DNA of 64,000 bases from a virus, in the IMG/VR virus record IMGVR_UViG_3300028034_000051, positions 1-64,000 of that record; one strand, written 5' to 3'. This document shows, one piece after another, positions 8,426 to 19,036 of the stretch. A program made the position numbers and the translations under genes. Every line of letters begins with the position of its first letter. Positions within the stretch are counted from its first letter, which is position 1. The notes beneath the pieces were generated by a model, which worked only from the letters and a program-made list of their open reading frames with translations, was not told the origin of the DNA and did no database searches.

Positions 8426-10269
8426 TATGAATCAGCTCCTACAGAAGCAGCATCTTCATTAATAATAGTTTTGAATTCTTCCCTAACTACTCTTCTAGTC
8501 TTTTCTGGATTGTCAGACTCATTTATAGTCATATCGAATTTAAAGTCGCGATTATCTACTACTCTTTTACTGCTGGTACTGTAATTTCTAGTAGTTCTAT
8601 TAGCAGCTACAGCACTTTTAGCTTTAATATTAGATTGGGCGCCAATAGTAGTATTAGTTGGCCCTCCGCCAATAAAATCTAATATTTTATTGGCTGCTCC
8701 TTGCAAAAATCCTGGTAACTTACTTATTCCTGTATTAATCATATTGCCTAGAGCCCCCATGATATCTACATCATTTACTAGCCAATTAATGAATTGCACT
8801 ATCTTATCTTTAGCAAACGCAAATGGGGCTACTACAAAATCCAAAATACCTAATATGGCATTTTGTAACCCTTTAGATAGATTTTCAAAACCTGTGTTCA
8901 AGGTACTAAAATCATCTGTAACTAATCCTTTAATAAGACCTGCAATAACACCAATTACTCCACCGATAACTTGACCAAAACCTTTTATAATTCTCATGGT
9001 GGCTTCAAACTTATCTTTAACTAAAGGAGCTATAAAATCAGCACCAACTTTTAAAACACCCCATAAAAAGTTTGCTGCTACTTGTATTCCACTTAAAACA
9101 TCTTCTAGATCATAACCTAAGTTTAGAAAATCTAAGAATTGTTCAAGCAAAGGTACTATTACTGAATCCCCACCTCTAAACGCAGTCCACAAATCTTCTA
9201 CTATAATTATTAAAGCGACTATAGCTCCAGCTACTGCAAAGTATGGAGCAGCAAAAAAACCACCTATAACTCCCCAGGCAGCACTTGCAAATCCTATAGC
9301 AGCACCTAAAGCAGTAACAGCAGTTGCTATTCCTAGTATCTTGGCAGCAACCTGTAATTCTTCACTTCCTTTTAGCACTCCTAAAAATTTATTAGTTACA
9401 ATTAAAACTCGAGTAAATGTAGGTAAGTATGACTGCCCCATATCTATTCTAATATCTCGTAGAAACCCTTTAAATCTTAATAATTGGTTGTTAAACTCAA
9501 ATTTTGTTCTTGTTGCATCATCTATAGCATCACTAGATTGCCTGATCATCTCTTTAAACCTTAATTGCATTTTAGTTAAATTACCTAATTCTCTAAAATT
9601 TTTCTGATAACCAGCTCTTTGTGCCGCTAAATCTAAATTAGTTTCAGAAATTTGTATTCCCAACTGTCTTACCGCTTCATGATTTCCTATAAGAGCAGAC
9701 TGCATCATTTGGGCAGCTTTATTTGTCGCTACATTATTAAAAGATCCTAAGTCAGCTGCTAAATCTACCATTCTTTTAGAAAATCTTGCAGCTTCTTTTC
9801 TAGCTAATCCCATTGGTACTAATACATCCTGAAAACTATTTAGCCAATCAAATACCGCATATTTAGATCTACCTACATCTCGAGAGAAACTAATAGCCCA
9901 TTGTTTTGTTGTATCTGCAACTTTTCCAAAGACTACGTTAAACTTATTTACGATTTCATTAGCATTAGCTGCATCTTTGGCAAGCATTCCAATTGCGAAG
10001 GTTCCAGCGACAGCAGCGGCACCCAATTGGTATCTGTATCTTTCCAATAATGAAACCCCCCGACCCAAAGTTCTTTGAACTGACTGAAAAACATTTTTCA
10101 TTTTATTGCCGGTTATAGTCGCTTGCCTTCCAAGGCCACCTATTGCACTTTCGCTCTGCATTGCATTGGCTTTTAATTTATCTACTTCCCGATTGGCTCC
10201 AACTAATGGTCCTTTATTAACACCAAATCCAATATCAATGCCTAATGTTCTAGCCATTGCCAATGCCAC
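8425..10269 (-). CDS. Tail tape measure protein (prophage A)
   Basis: Long helical Ala/Gly-rich protein with hydrophobic segments after chaperones. Confidence 0.88.
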   Translation of the reverse strand: MALAMARTLGIDIGFGVNKGPLVGANREVDKLKANAMQSESAIGGLGRQATITGNKMKNVFQSVQRTLGRGVSLLERYRYQLGAAAVAGTFAIGMLAKDAANANEIVNKFNVVFGKVADTTKQWAISFSRDVGRSKYAVFDWLNSFQDVLVPMGLARKEAARFSKRMVDLAADLGSFNNVATNKAAQMMQSALIGNHEAVRQLGIQISETNLDLAAQRAGYQKNFRELGNLTKMQLRFKEMIRQSSDAIDDATRTKFEFNNQLLRFKGFLRDIRIDMGQSYLPTFTRVLIVTNKFLGVLKGSEELQVAAKILGIATAVTALGAAIGFASAAWGVIGGFFAAPYFAVAGAIVALIIIVEDLWTAFRGGDSVIVPLLEQFLDFLNLGYDLEDVLSGIQVAANFLWGVLKVGADFIAPLVKDKFEATMRIIKGFGQVIGGVIGVIAGLIKGLVTDDFSTLNTGFENLSKGLQNAILGILDFVVAPFAFAKDKIVQFINWLVNDVDIMGALGNMINTGISKLPGFLQGAANKILDFIGGGPTNTTIGAQSNIKAKSAVAANRTTRNYSTSSKRVVDNRDFKFDMTINESDNPEKTRRVVREEFKTIINEDAASVGADS

Positions 10270-10537
10270 TAGTATCACCTCCTTCTTTTGCTTCTTCTAT
10301 CTCTTTTTCTGTTTCCTCGTTGAATATTGCTTTCGCTTCGCACCCTTTTAAGAATTCATCCCAGCTCATTCTATTCACTTCCTCATATGAGCTCAACTCA
10401 AAAGCTAAAGCCCATCTTGCTTTTTCATAAGGATTCTTTTCTACTGCTTTTCTATACCTATCGTATTCAACATCAGGGAAAAATCCACTTATATAATCTG
10501 GAATATTATCCGATATGTTTTTATACGTTGGTCCCAA
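10250..10537 (-). CDS. Tail assembly chaperone extension (probably reached by +1 frameshift)
   Basis: Overlaps the upstream chaperone in the +1 frame, lacks RBS, YEEVNRMSWDE motif. Confidence 0.65.
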   Translation of the reverse strand: MGPTYKNISDNIPDYISGFFPDVEYDRYRKAVEKNPYEKARWALAFELSSYEEVNRMSWDEFLKGCEAKAIFNEETEKEIEEAKEGGDTSGIGNG

Positions 10538-10802
10538 GAAATGAGTTTACTTCGGCCATGAATTCCTGGAATGCTCCCATATCTTTAAAATCATCCATTT
10601 TTAACTTTGCTGGCTTAACTACTACATTATCTAAAACAGCTTTAACTAATTTAGATTCCATAATAACTCCAAATTCATTTTTGCATTTATCTCGTTGGTT
10701 CATGATCCATCCTATCCCTGGATCCTGTACCATTACTTTTTCACTTTCTATATTTTCATTAAAACCATCAAAATCAAATGTATGCTTATCTCCTTGAGCC
10801 AT
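10521..10802 (-). CDS. Tail assembly chaperone
   Basis: Between tail tube and tape measure. Confidence 0.7.
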   Translation of the reverse strand: MAQGDKHTFDFDGFNENIESEKVMVQDPGIGWIMNQRDKCKNEFGVIMESKLVKAVLDNVVVKPAKLKMDDFKDMGAFQEFMAEVNSFLGTNV

Positions 10803-10831
10803 TTATATCACCCTCCGCTTACATTATTTTT

Positions 10832-11245
10832 TTATAAAATTTCACTAAAGACTTCTTCGTAGTCAAAAACTACAATCGTCCACTCGTTATCAGATGCTTC
10901 ATTGCCACGTTTAAAATCTGGTCTTGAAGTAACTACAGCTTCCGCACCAGAACCACCAACATCACCTGCAAAGTTCATATCCAATGCAGCAAAAGAAAAA
11001 GTTTCATCAGAGTTATACAACTGATCTAACTTGTAGTTAGATGGTGATGTGTGCTTTAATTTGATTGTGACCTCAGCTCTATCATCTGCTGACTTATTAA
11101 CTGTTACATTGCCTTGGGCTCCAACTACAGTACTACGTTTATCTGACATTCTAGAGACAGTAATCATTTCGCTTTCAACAAAACCACTTAACACAAAACC
11201 ATCTACAATAGTCATTACTTTAGTCGGGTCATAAGTTTGAGACAT
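10832..11245 (-). CDS. Tail tube protein (DUF3277-like)
   Basis: TYDP..V, VGAQG, TSPSN motifs; follows sheath. Confidence 0.8.
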   Translation of the reverse strand: MSQTYDPTKVMTIVDGFVLSGFVESEMITVSRMSDKRSTVVGAQGNVTVNKSADDRAEVTIKLKHTSPSNYKLDQLYNSDETFSFAALDMNFAGDVGGSGAEAVVTSRPDFKRGNEASDNEWTIVVFDYEEVFSEIL

Positions 11246-11293
11246 AATTACACTCCTTTCTAAAATTAGACACTAAAAATACTCATTAATCGC

Positions 11294-12319
11294 TTATACC
11301 TTCAATACTCCGTTAACTTTTACGTCATGAACTGCTCCGGCCACTGTTGCTTCAAAGTTGATATCTGGAAGAAGTCGATTAGCGATAGTATTATCAGGAA
11401 TATCTGAGCGGTTAGGATAGCTAACGGAATACATACCGTTACCGTCTTTATCTACTGCTATTACTCCTCTCCTTACTGCTAGTTGCAATACTGATTTAAG
11501 TTTACTAACTACTTGAGCTATGCCACTAGCATCATAAGGTACTTTTTCGTTATTGTAGAGCAAGAAACTAATATTCTCTTGAATTCTAGCTTTAAGCCAA
11601 TCTTTTGACCTTTGAATATCTAAAAACCCTCCAGTAGTTTCTTTGCCTTCGCTAGTTTGTAGTACTCCTAACTTCTTAACGTAAGTATTAACATTAGAAT
11701 CGTGCAATGTACTAACATCAGCATTAAGATAAGTAGCTACCGGTATTCCATTGACAGTTTTAAATTTCCATGTTGCTTGTCCTGGATTAAGTGGTGCTAT
11801 TCTACCAACAATTCCAGCATCTAAGTAAGGATCTGTTGCATCTGTGCCGCCATCATGGGCAAATAACCCTGTTCTAGAGCTTGCTATATTACCTGCAATA
11901 GTAGTAATATTGCTTACTGTCTCAGTAATATCTGGTTGAGCTACAAATAACTTTTCATTAGCACCAGCCCAACTAGCTGCTTCTTCTATATCAGCTTGAG
12001 TTCTACTAGCTAATAATAAGAAATACCAATCGTTATGCTCAACATGCATTGCATCTAATTCATCTGTAATAGTACTTGCTGCTGTTGCTACGTCTACACC
12101 ATAGATTGCTACTTTCTCAGGGCTTGGTTCTTGACTAAGAGCAGTAGCTATCATTTCATAAGCTGGATCACCAGCTGCTAAAGCCGAGGGAATTTCACTT
12201 GTCTCTGTAACTTCGGCATAAGCTACATCAGTCGTTGGATCGAATACCAGAGGCAGGCCAAAACCTGCTCGAGATAAAGGTTGCGTTTGGTCTGATATTA
12301 CAACTTCAACATCACTCAT
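11294..12319 (-). CDS. Tail sheath protein (DUF3383-like)
   Basis: PGQATWKFKT, DWLKARIQE, KVPYDASGI, AGAVH motifs. Confidence 0.85.
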   Translation of the reverse strand: MSDVEVVISDQTQPLSRAGFGLPLVFDPTTDVAYAEVTETSEIPSALAAGDPAYEMIATALSQEPSPEKVAIYGVDVATAASTITDELDAMHVEHNDWYFLLLASRTQADIEEAASWAGANEKLFVAQPDITETVSNITTIAGNIASSRTGLFAHDGGTDATDPYLDAGIVGRIAPLNPGQATWKFKTVNGIPVATYLNADVSTLHDSNVNTYVKKLGVLQTSEGKETTGGFLDIQRSKDWLKARIQENISFLLYNNEKVPYDASGIAQVVSKLKSVLQLAVRRGVIAVDKDGNGMYSVSYPNRSDIPDNTIANRLLPDINFEATVAGAVHDVKVNGVLKV

Positions 12320-12346
12320 AAATTCTCACTCCTTACAAATTATATT

Positions 12347-12889
12347 TTACAAATTATATTTTTTCGTGTTATTATCTTGATCAGTAATTTCAATCTGTTC
12401 AATAGTCTTCTCTCTCACCTTAATTGTGTCTTCAATCTCTAATATTACATCAAAACCCCAACGATCTTCAAAGTCAGTCTCTAAAAACGTCTTTCGGTTA
12501 CTTGCATCACCAACATTGGCAATGACAGTATTATAATCTTCTAAAAATCTTGGTCCTAATTGATCTATTTTAAACCACTCTACTGCTTTTTCAATATGCT
12601 GCTTTGCATCATCACCATAAGCATTAATACTTACTGTTACTTGTGGGCTACTAATATAACTATACTCAATATCTTTCTCAAAGTTAGGATCATCACTTGC
12701 TACTACATCTTTTTTAACTACCATTGATTGCCTTGGCTCAGAAGTTCGAACAATAAAATTATAAACCATTCTTTCCTTAGGTAATTTATCTGGTGGTATT
12801 TCCTGATCTGCTTCAATTACTTTTTGAATTCCTGTATAGCTTTCAAGTGGTGCAGCCATGGCTTTGCCTAAAGCATCTAAATCTAACAT
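12347..12889 (-). CDS. Neck/tail terminator protein
   Basis: Synteny upstream of sheath. Confidence 0.6.
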   Translation of the reverse strand: MLDLDALGKAMAAPLESYTGIQKVIEADQEIPPDKLPKERMVYNFIVRTSEPRQSMVVKKDVVASDDPNFEKDIEYSYISSPQVTVSINAYGDDAKQHIEKAVEWFKIDQLGPRFLEDYNTVIANVGDASNRKTFLETDFEDRWGFDVILEIEDTIKVREKTIEQIEITDQDNNTKKYNL

Positions 12890-13263
12890 TATTTCACCTT
12901 CTTCTTAGCCACGTATTCATGATAATCAGCATGAATAGTCCTAGGTTGATGTTCTCTTACTTCATAAGTAGCACCTTGGAAAACTATTTGGTCTTCTATT
13001 TCGAGAGTTATAGCTTCTTCTTTTCCTGTGCTTTGGTTAATAGCAGTTAAACCCTCAGTTGTTTGTAGCTTCAAGTCTTGAGTAGTATAATCTCCACCTG
13101 AATAGTACTCAATACTCTTAGGTGTCATAAAAAAGACTGCAAGCTTAGCAGTATAAGTAGTCTTCGTCCCATCTACCCACTTAGGACCATCAAAATATCC
13201 ATCTGACTCCTTTATAACCTCTACCTCGGTGCTGTTTTTTCTGATTAAATCACTAAAATACAT
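12889..13263 (-). CDS. Head closure protein
   Basis: Size and synteny. Confidence 0.55.
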   Translation of the reverse strand: MYFSDLIRKNSTEVEVIKESDGYFDGPKWVDGTKTTYTAKLAVFFMTPKSIEYYSGGDYTTQDLKLQTTEGLTAINQSTGKEEAITLEIEDQIVFQGATYEVREHQPRTIHADYHEYVAKKKVK

Positions 13264-13707
13264 TTAACGCACCACCTTATAGGTTATTGAATCTATCATA
13301 TCCCCTGTATCGATTAATGGCTGACTACTTCCTTTTTGTTCTATGGTATCTGGATCGTTTTCTGGTTCCATATTTCTTATTTTTTCTTTAACTGCTTCCA
13401 CTAAATATTTACCCATTCTTTCTAAAACATCATCAGGGCTTTCTCTACCAGCTAAGACATTCATAACTCCTTTATCGCCCATTTCATCTAACTTACGTCT
13501 TTCTTCATCAAAAGTAGCACGAATAAATGAACGTTCTGGAATTATTTCTGACTTGCCGGCAGATCCATACTCATTCACATTTGCTCGAATGATTATTTCT
13601 TTACCAGCATCCTTAGGAATCCCAACTTGTAATTCTATATCTCTTAACTTCTCTAAATCGGATAATAGGCTCGGTATATTGTTATTGTCTTTAATTCTAA
13701 CACTCAT
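13264..13707 (-). CDS. Neck/tail completion protein (HK97 gp10-like)
   Basis: NEYG, IPERSFIR, PLIDTG motifs. Confidence 0.75.
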   Translation of the reverse strand: MSVRIKDNNNIPSLLSDLEKLRDIELQVGIPKDAGKEIIIRANVNEYGSAGKSEIIPERSFIRATFDEERRKLDEMGDKGVMNVLAGRESPDDVLERMGKYLVEAVKEKIRNMEPENDPDTIEQKGSSQPLIDTGDMIDSITYKVVR

Positions 13708-14273
13708 ATTGGTATCACCCTATAAGGACTAAGTAATGCTCTAACCGTACCTGGCAATTTAGCTTCTGCATTTTCAAAGTATGACTCACTCATATCTGCA
13801 TTAGACTTTCTTTGCACCCTAAAGTCAGCATCTTGCTGATGATGCAAATGACTAGCTAACATAATAGCAGCATGTTCAATACCTTGAGGAAGTGTTCTTG
13901 GATTAGGACTTCCATCATCTTTTGGTAATACATATCCACCATCATAGGTTACTTCTAGATCATACTTTTCAAAATTCCAGCCTTCTGGACGATAAATTAC
14001 TCCTTCTTCTTGAAGTACTGTGTAAGAAGTTATCTCTTCTACTCCATCATCATAAGTTATACTAGTTACATTAAGGATAGGATATTTTTTTAAAGGCAAA
14101 TATTCGCTTTCTGTTCCTTCTTTTAATTCTACAATTCCAGTATCTTTTGCAAACTCTCGATTACAATAAGTTTCAATAATATCACTAGCTGCATTAATTA
14201 GCATTTCTTTTTCAGTGGCATCAATACTTAATCTAATTTTATCAGTAGTCGTAAGTGCATTATCAGCTAGCAT
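13704..14273 (-). CDS. Head-tail connector (gp6-like)
   Basis: AASDIIETYCNREF and LLSPYR motifs. Confidence 0.75.
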   Translation of the reverse strand: MLADNALTTTDKIRLSIDATEKEMLINAASDIIETYCNREFAKDTGIVELKEGTESEYLPLKKYPILNVTSITYDDGVEEITSYTVLQEEGVIYRPEGWNFEKYDLEVTYDGGYVLPKDDGSPNPRTLPQGIEHAAIMLASHLHHQQDADFRVQRKSNADMSESYFENAEAKLPGTVRALLSPYRVIPI

Positions 14274-14278
14274 TTATA

Positions 14279-14587
14279 TCACTCGCTTTCAAGTTCTTCT
14301 TGTGCTTTAATAGCTTCTTCTTCGCCTCGCACAGTAGTACCATTACTTAATTCGTAATACCCTCCACCTTTGTGATAAGGATATTTTTTTTGCTCTCCAT
14401 CCTGACTTTCATCTCTTTCTTGCTGGTTCTTTTGATTATCTTTTTTAGAATCTTTCTCTTCCTTAGGGCTAGCTAATCCAGCATTAAACCATCTTTGAGC
14501 AAGTTCTGTCTCAATATCTTTAATTTCTTGTCCTTCCGGTACATCTTCTCCTTTATACCTAACCCCCTTAGAAATAACATTAACCAT
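14279..14587 (-). CDS. Small head-associated protein
   Basis: Post-capsid position; HKGGGYYELSNG motif. Confidence 0.55.
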   Translation of the reverse strand: MVNVISKGVRYKGEDVPEGQEIKDIETELAQRWFNAGLASPKEEKDSKKDNQKNQQERDESQDGEQKKYPYHKGGGYYELSNGTTVRGEEEAIKAQEELESE

Positions 14588-14637
14588 TTATTCCACCTCC
14601 ATAAAAGGAAAGGCCCTTGCGGGCCCTAATTATTACT

Positions 14638-15087
14638 TTATGCTACTACACTAGCATCTGCATCTTGAACAGGCATAAATCTAGCATCTCCACGTAATAA
14701 ATCAACTGCTACCTGAGAAGCTGCATCATCAGAAGTAACTTTAACAGCTAAATGAGTAAATCCATTATTAGTGTCCATTATTGCTGCTTGAACTTCTGCA
14801 AATAATTCTACTGAAGGTACACTTGCACCAGTAGAGTTAGTATATTCAACAACTATTGGATTACCATCTAAATCATTAACTGATTTTGCTCCTGTTCCAC
14901 TAGAGTCTTGAGCTTGCATAAGTTCAAGACTAACCAATGATCCATTTGCAAGAGCTCCAGAGTTTAATATAGCAAGAGCTTTTCGATATTCACTCATATC
15001 GAAATAAGCACTTGTCGTACTAGCAGCACCTAAGTTTTGACTTTCAACAGCATTATCTATCTTCATCTGTTCAGATAACCTTTTCAC
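14638..15087 (-). CDS. Putative capsid decoration protein
   Basis: Beta-rich ORF directly after major capsid. Confidence 0.5.
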   Translation of the reverse strand: MKRLSEQMKIDNAVESQNLGAASTTSAYFDMSEYRKALAILNSGALANGSLVSLELMQAQDSSGTGAKSVNDLDGNPIVVEYTNSTGASVPSVELFAEVQAAIMDTNNGFTHLAVKVTSDDAASQVAVDLLRGDARFMPVQDADASVVA

Positions 15088-15117
15088 TTTATATCACACT
15101 CCTCAATTTAATTTAGA

Positions 15118-16419
15118 TTATTGTAAGACTACAAAAGGACTTACCTTAGATTGTCCATCTCTTAATGTTAATGGTTCTTTCACCCAAGACTGTCCATCAG
15201 TGTTACGTACAATCTTAATTACAGTCTTGTTATTCATGAATTTAACATGCTTTGACACAGCAATAAATGGACCAGAACCATCCTTAATCCAGTAGTATCT
15301 CATATCAACTAACATTAAGTCACCTTTTTTACCGATTGTTGGTAAATTGCCAGTAAACTCAAGTGGAATCCCTTCTAAAGAAGCTGGGGTTCCTTTAACT
15401 AAATTAGGACCAGTATAAACTCTATTTCCAGCTGAGTCTTTCATATCTTTAATATCTTCAAATGCACTCTGAGAAGCAACCCACATTAAATTACTTTGAG
15501 AGTATACTTTACTCATCATCTTAATTACATCTTCATAAACTATCTTGCTAGATGTATTTCTAGAAACCAAAATTGCACCGTCAGAATTTAAAATACCTAA
15601 AGGTTTACCGACTCCATCACCTTGAATAAAAGCATCATCTTCAGCTTCTATCATTGCTCCTCTAAGTAATTCAGTTAACATAGCATTCATTGCTGCTGCA
15701 TTTCTTAATAATTTATTACTTACTGTAATAGAGCCACTAACCTCTTGAGGTTCAAGGCTTACATCTGTAAGTTTAGCATCTGAGTCTCCAACAGTTTCTC
15801 CTTCAGCAGTCCAATTTACTTCAACTCCTCCATACTGTCCTTTTTTTCCTTGTTGTAAAGCCGGGAAAGAAATCTTTGCATCTGGAGGATTACCTGCTGG
15901 AATAACTCTAGCTCTTGGTCTTACTATTGGATCTTCACCTTCTAACTTAAGTAATTCATCACTAAACTGCTCAGGAACTAATATTCCACCTTCGTCTCCC
16001 TGGTTCATTGTCATTTCTCTAAGTTCTGGACTATCAGGATTAAACCTTAATTCGTATAAGAATTCTCCTAGGTTTCTAAACTCACTATCTCCACCTCGGC
16101 CACCACCTCGTTGCCCAGTAACTCTTACTGGCGGTCGAGTAGGTTCCGTTCGAGAACTATTAGCAAAACCATTTACATCCCCAAGAGTTGAGTTCCGAGA
16201 CTGGATATTCTCAATCTTGCTCTTAACTTCATCAAACTCATCTCCTAAACTATCCCACTCTTCCTGTTCATCTTCATTCAAAGCTCTACCTTCTGCCTGG
16301 TCATTAATCTCATTCATTCGCTCTTGGATTTCTCGTAGTCTAGTTTGTAACTCTTCTAATCCTTGAGCAAAAAGCTGTAATTTCATTTCAGATAAACCAT
16401 TACTAGTAACTAACGTCAT
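15118..16419 (-). CDS. Major capsid protein, HK97 family
   Basis: N-terminal coiled-coil delta domain, GGILVPEQF, GDGVGKPLGIL. Confidence 0.93.
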   Translation of the reverse strand: MTLVTSNGLSEMKLQLFAQGLEELQTRLREIQERMNEINDQAEGRALNEDEQEEWDSLGDEFDEVKSKIENIQSRNSTLGDVNGFANSSRTEPTRPPVRVTGQRGGGRGGDSEFRNLGEFLYELRFNPDSPELREMTMNQGDEGGILVPEQFSDELLKLEGEDPIVRPRARVIPAGNPPDAKISFPALQQGKKGQYGGVEVNWTAEGETVGDSDAKLTDVSLEPQEVSGSITVSNKLLRNAAAMNAMLTELLRGAMIEAEDDAFIQGDGVGKPLGILNSDGAILVSRNTSSKIVYEDVIKMMSKVYSQSNLMWVASQSAFEDIKDMKDSAGNRVYTGPNLVKGTPASLEGIPLEFTGNLPTIGKKGDLMLVDMRYYWIKDGSGPFIAVSKHVKFMNNKTVIKIVRNTDGQSWVKEPLTLRDGQSKVSPFVVLQ

Positions 16420-16420
16420 A

Positions 16421-17038
16421 TTAATTAATACCTCCTGTTATTTTATTAGCTTCTAATACCATCTTTCTTAACTCTTCTTGCCTTGCTGTTTGAATATCTT
16501 CAGCAGAAACATTTTTTTGCTTATATTGATTAAATACATCTTCAGCTGACCTTACTCCACTTTCTGTATCTTCATACCAGGGGAAAGTTACTGGGCTAAC
16601 ATCGTGTAATTCTCCAACTTCCAATATAGTTCTAGTAGGAACATCTCCAGTTTCATCCCACTCTTCCTTATCAACTGTAAATCCAAAGCTAGACTGATTG
16701 ATATCTCCACGTCTCATAGATTCCATTAAATCATTAGCATAAGTAGTGTCTGGTGGATCAATTTCATAATACAATCCTTTTTTATCTTCTTTTAATATAA
16801 GAGTTTCTGCTTCTTTTCTTCCTAAAATCAAATTAGGATCATGATTGATTAACGCTCTAGTGTCTGAATTCAATATTGCTTTTGTAAAAGCACCAGGTGC
16901 AATTTTTTCAACGAACCCCCATCTCTCATCTGCTGGTTTATCAAAAAGAGCAGCATAACCAACAATCTTCCCTTCCTCTTCTTGGTCTTCTCTAATCTCA
17001 AAGTTAGTAGAGATAATTCTTAACTCTTTTTCTGCCAT
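16421..17038 (-). CDS. HK97-family prohead protease
   Basis: GYAALF, LINHD, SSFGF, DVSPVTFPWY. Confidence 0.93.
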   Translation of the reverse strand: MAEKELRIISTNFEIREDQEEEGKIVGYAALFDKPADERWGFVEKIAPGAFTKAILNSDTRALINHDPNLILGRKEAETLILKEDKKGLYYEIDPPDTTYANDLMESMRRGDINQSSFGFTVDKEEWDETGDVPTRTILEVGELHDVSPVTFPWYEDTESGVRSAEDVFNQYKQKNVSAEDIQTARQEELRKMVLEANKITGGIN

Positions 17039-17050
17039 TCAATCACCCCC

Positions 17051-19036
17051 TTATCCTGCTGCTATTCCGCATTCACATCCTCCATGTAATGGTGGATGTC
17101 CTATATTGCCATCTGGATCTAATGGCTCATCTCTATCATCTACTTCTAAACTATCTTCTTTACTAAGGAAACTTTGTTCAATTCCTACAACTTTACCATT
17201 CATTTCTTGACAATAAGGGCACGGATCATCACCTAAAGTTACCCATCTTATTGTTGTTATTCCTGCTGCCCCATAAACAAATTTAGTAAATGCACCATTT
17301 CCTTTAGTAGACTCTCTTGTCGCAATTTTGTCTGGTCTTTTTTCTTCCCATTCATCTAGTCTTTGGTTAACAGTTTCAAACATATCATTATCATCATTTA
17401 AAGCTTCTTCAACTAAAGCTTTAATCTGATTACGAGAATATCTAGAATGTTTAATAGCAAGAGTGTCTAAATAATTATCAATAAACCTTTCAAGACCATC
17501 TATTTCATCAAGACCAACTTCTTCACTAGCTACTTCACTAATAGCTTCAGCAAATGTAGTTATTACTGGACTTAATTCACTTCTTATCTGTTCTGGAAAC
17601 TCTTCATAAAAATCTTCAAGCCATCTTTTAAAGTTTCCAGCATTTCTAGATTTAAGTTCTTCTTTAGCTTTAGATCTAACTTGACCTACTTCAGTTTTAA
17701 TAAGGTTTTCTGCTGAATTCCTAATTACTTTTTTATAACGTGATGCAACATTTTTTCTAGCAGCTGCTGATCTACGTGCTCTTATTTCTTTAATTTTTTT
17801 TTGCCTTTGTTCAGCTGTTAAAGGTTTGCTATTACTTTCTAACTTTGGGTTTTGTGAACTCTGATCAATAGGGATCATATTAAGAGGTTGTAAGCGAGTA
17901 TCTCCATTTTCAACTTCATTCATATTCTCTAGTTTTCTAATATCATTAATAGATAACCATCCCCACTGACGACCAATTGAATAAGCATTGTAACGGCTCT
18001 CAATATCTCCTCGTAACAATCCATCAACAACAAACTCAGCAAAAAACCTATTATTAGAAATAAGGTCTTTCTTAAATGATTGCTCCCAATTTTTTAACCA
18101 TGGCAATAACGAAAAGATAACAAACTCTAATGACTGCTGTTCAATATTAGAAAATGTCGCACGTTCTAAATCTTTTAACATATGCGGAGGTAAATTAAAC
18201 CACCTTGCTACTTCTGTGACTTGAAATTTACGAGTCTCTAAAAACTGTGCATCTTCTGGAGGAATACCAATTTGCTTCCACTGCATTCCTTCTTCTAAAA
18301 TTGCAACTCTATGAGCATTATCTAAACCTTGATGCTTCTCTTCCCATGATTGCTTTAATCTTTTAGCTGCTTGGCCTTTTAGTTTCCCAGGATGTTCTAA
18401 TACACCACCAGGATTACTACCATTCCCAAAAAATCCTGCTCCATATTTTTCAGTTGCAAGACCTAACCCTACACCTTCCCGAGCAAAACTAATTATTGAC
18501 CTACCTTGAATGCCATTAAACCCAAGACCAGGTATATGTAAGACTCTTTCCTTAGGAAGTTTTACTTGCTTTCCACTAGGAAGTGTTGTTACATAATACA
18601 ACTCTTGCGCCCTTTCATCTCGCATAGGCCATGTTTTGTTAGGTAGTAACGGCCACAATGCTTTAACCCTTCCGGCATTATCGTAATCTATCTCTGTATA
18701 ACCATTACCCCAAAGTAATATATGAGCCATTGTAGCTACTCTCCAAGACCAAGAAGTCATTTCGGGGTTTGGTTGGTCATGTAGCAACTTGTATAGATGA
18801 TGCTGAGTAGCTTTAGATTTACCTTTGTCCTCTCTTTGGTATAAAAATAACGGTAAGGAAGCCAATGTAAAGGCATATATGGTTACTGCATTATAAACAG
18901 CTGAATACTTCATAGATTTTTCTTCATTAACATTAATCCCGCTTGCTGTTGATCCTCCACCTAATAAATTAATTAACCATTGTTGAGGACTTGATAAACT
19001 ACTTATGCTATCCTTAACACTTGATATAATTCCCAT
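17051..19036 (-). CDS. HK97-family portal fused to C-terminal MuF-like head morphogenesis domain
   Basis: Portal motifs (DAQFLETRKF, FSNIEQQ) then W..LGDDPCPYC..HPPLHGGCECGI. Confidence 0.88.
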   Translation of the reverse strand: MGIISSVKDSISSLSSPQQWLINLLGGGSTASGINVNEEKSMKYSAVYNAVTIYAFTLASLPLFLYQREDKGKSKATQHHLYKLLHDQPNPEMTSWSWRVATMAHILLWGNGYTEIDYDNAGRVKALWPLLPNKTWPMRDERAQELYYVTTLPSGKQVKLPKERVLHIPGLGFNGIQGRSIISFAREGVGLGLATEKYGAGFFGNGSNPGGVLEHPGKLKGQAAKRLKQSWEEKHQGLDNAHRVAILEEGMQWKQIGIPPEDAQFLETRKFQVTEVARWFNLPPHMLKDLERATFSNIEQQSLEFVIFSLLPWLKNWEQSFKKDLISNNRFFAEFVVDGLLRGDIESRYNAYSIGRQWGWLSINDIRKLENMNEVENGDTRLQPLNMIPIDQSSQNPKLESNSKPLTAEQRQKKIKEIRARRSAAARKNVASRYKKVIRNSAENLIKTEVGQVRSKAKEELKSRNAGNFKRWLEDFYEEFPEQIRSELSPVITTFAEAISEVASEEVGLDEIDGLERFIDNYLDTLAIKHSRYSRNQIKALVEEALNDDNDMFETVNQRLDEWEEKRPDKIATRESTKGNGAFTKFVYGAAGITTIRWVTLGDDPCPYCQEMNGKVVGIEQSFLSKEDSLEVDDRDEPLDPDGNIGHPPLHGGCECGIAAG

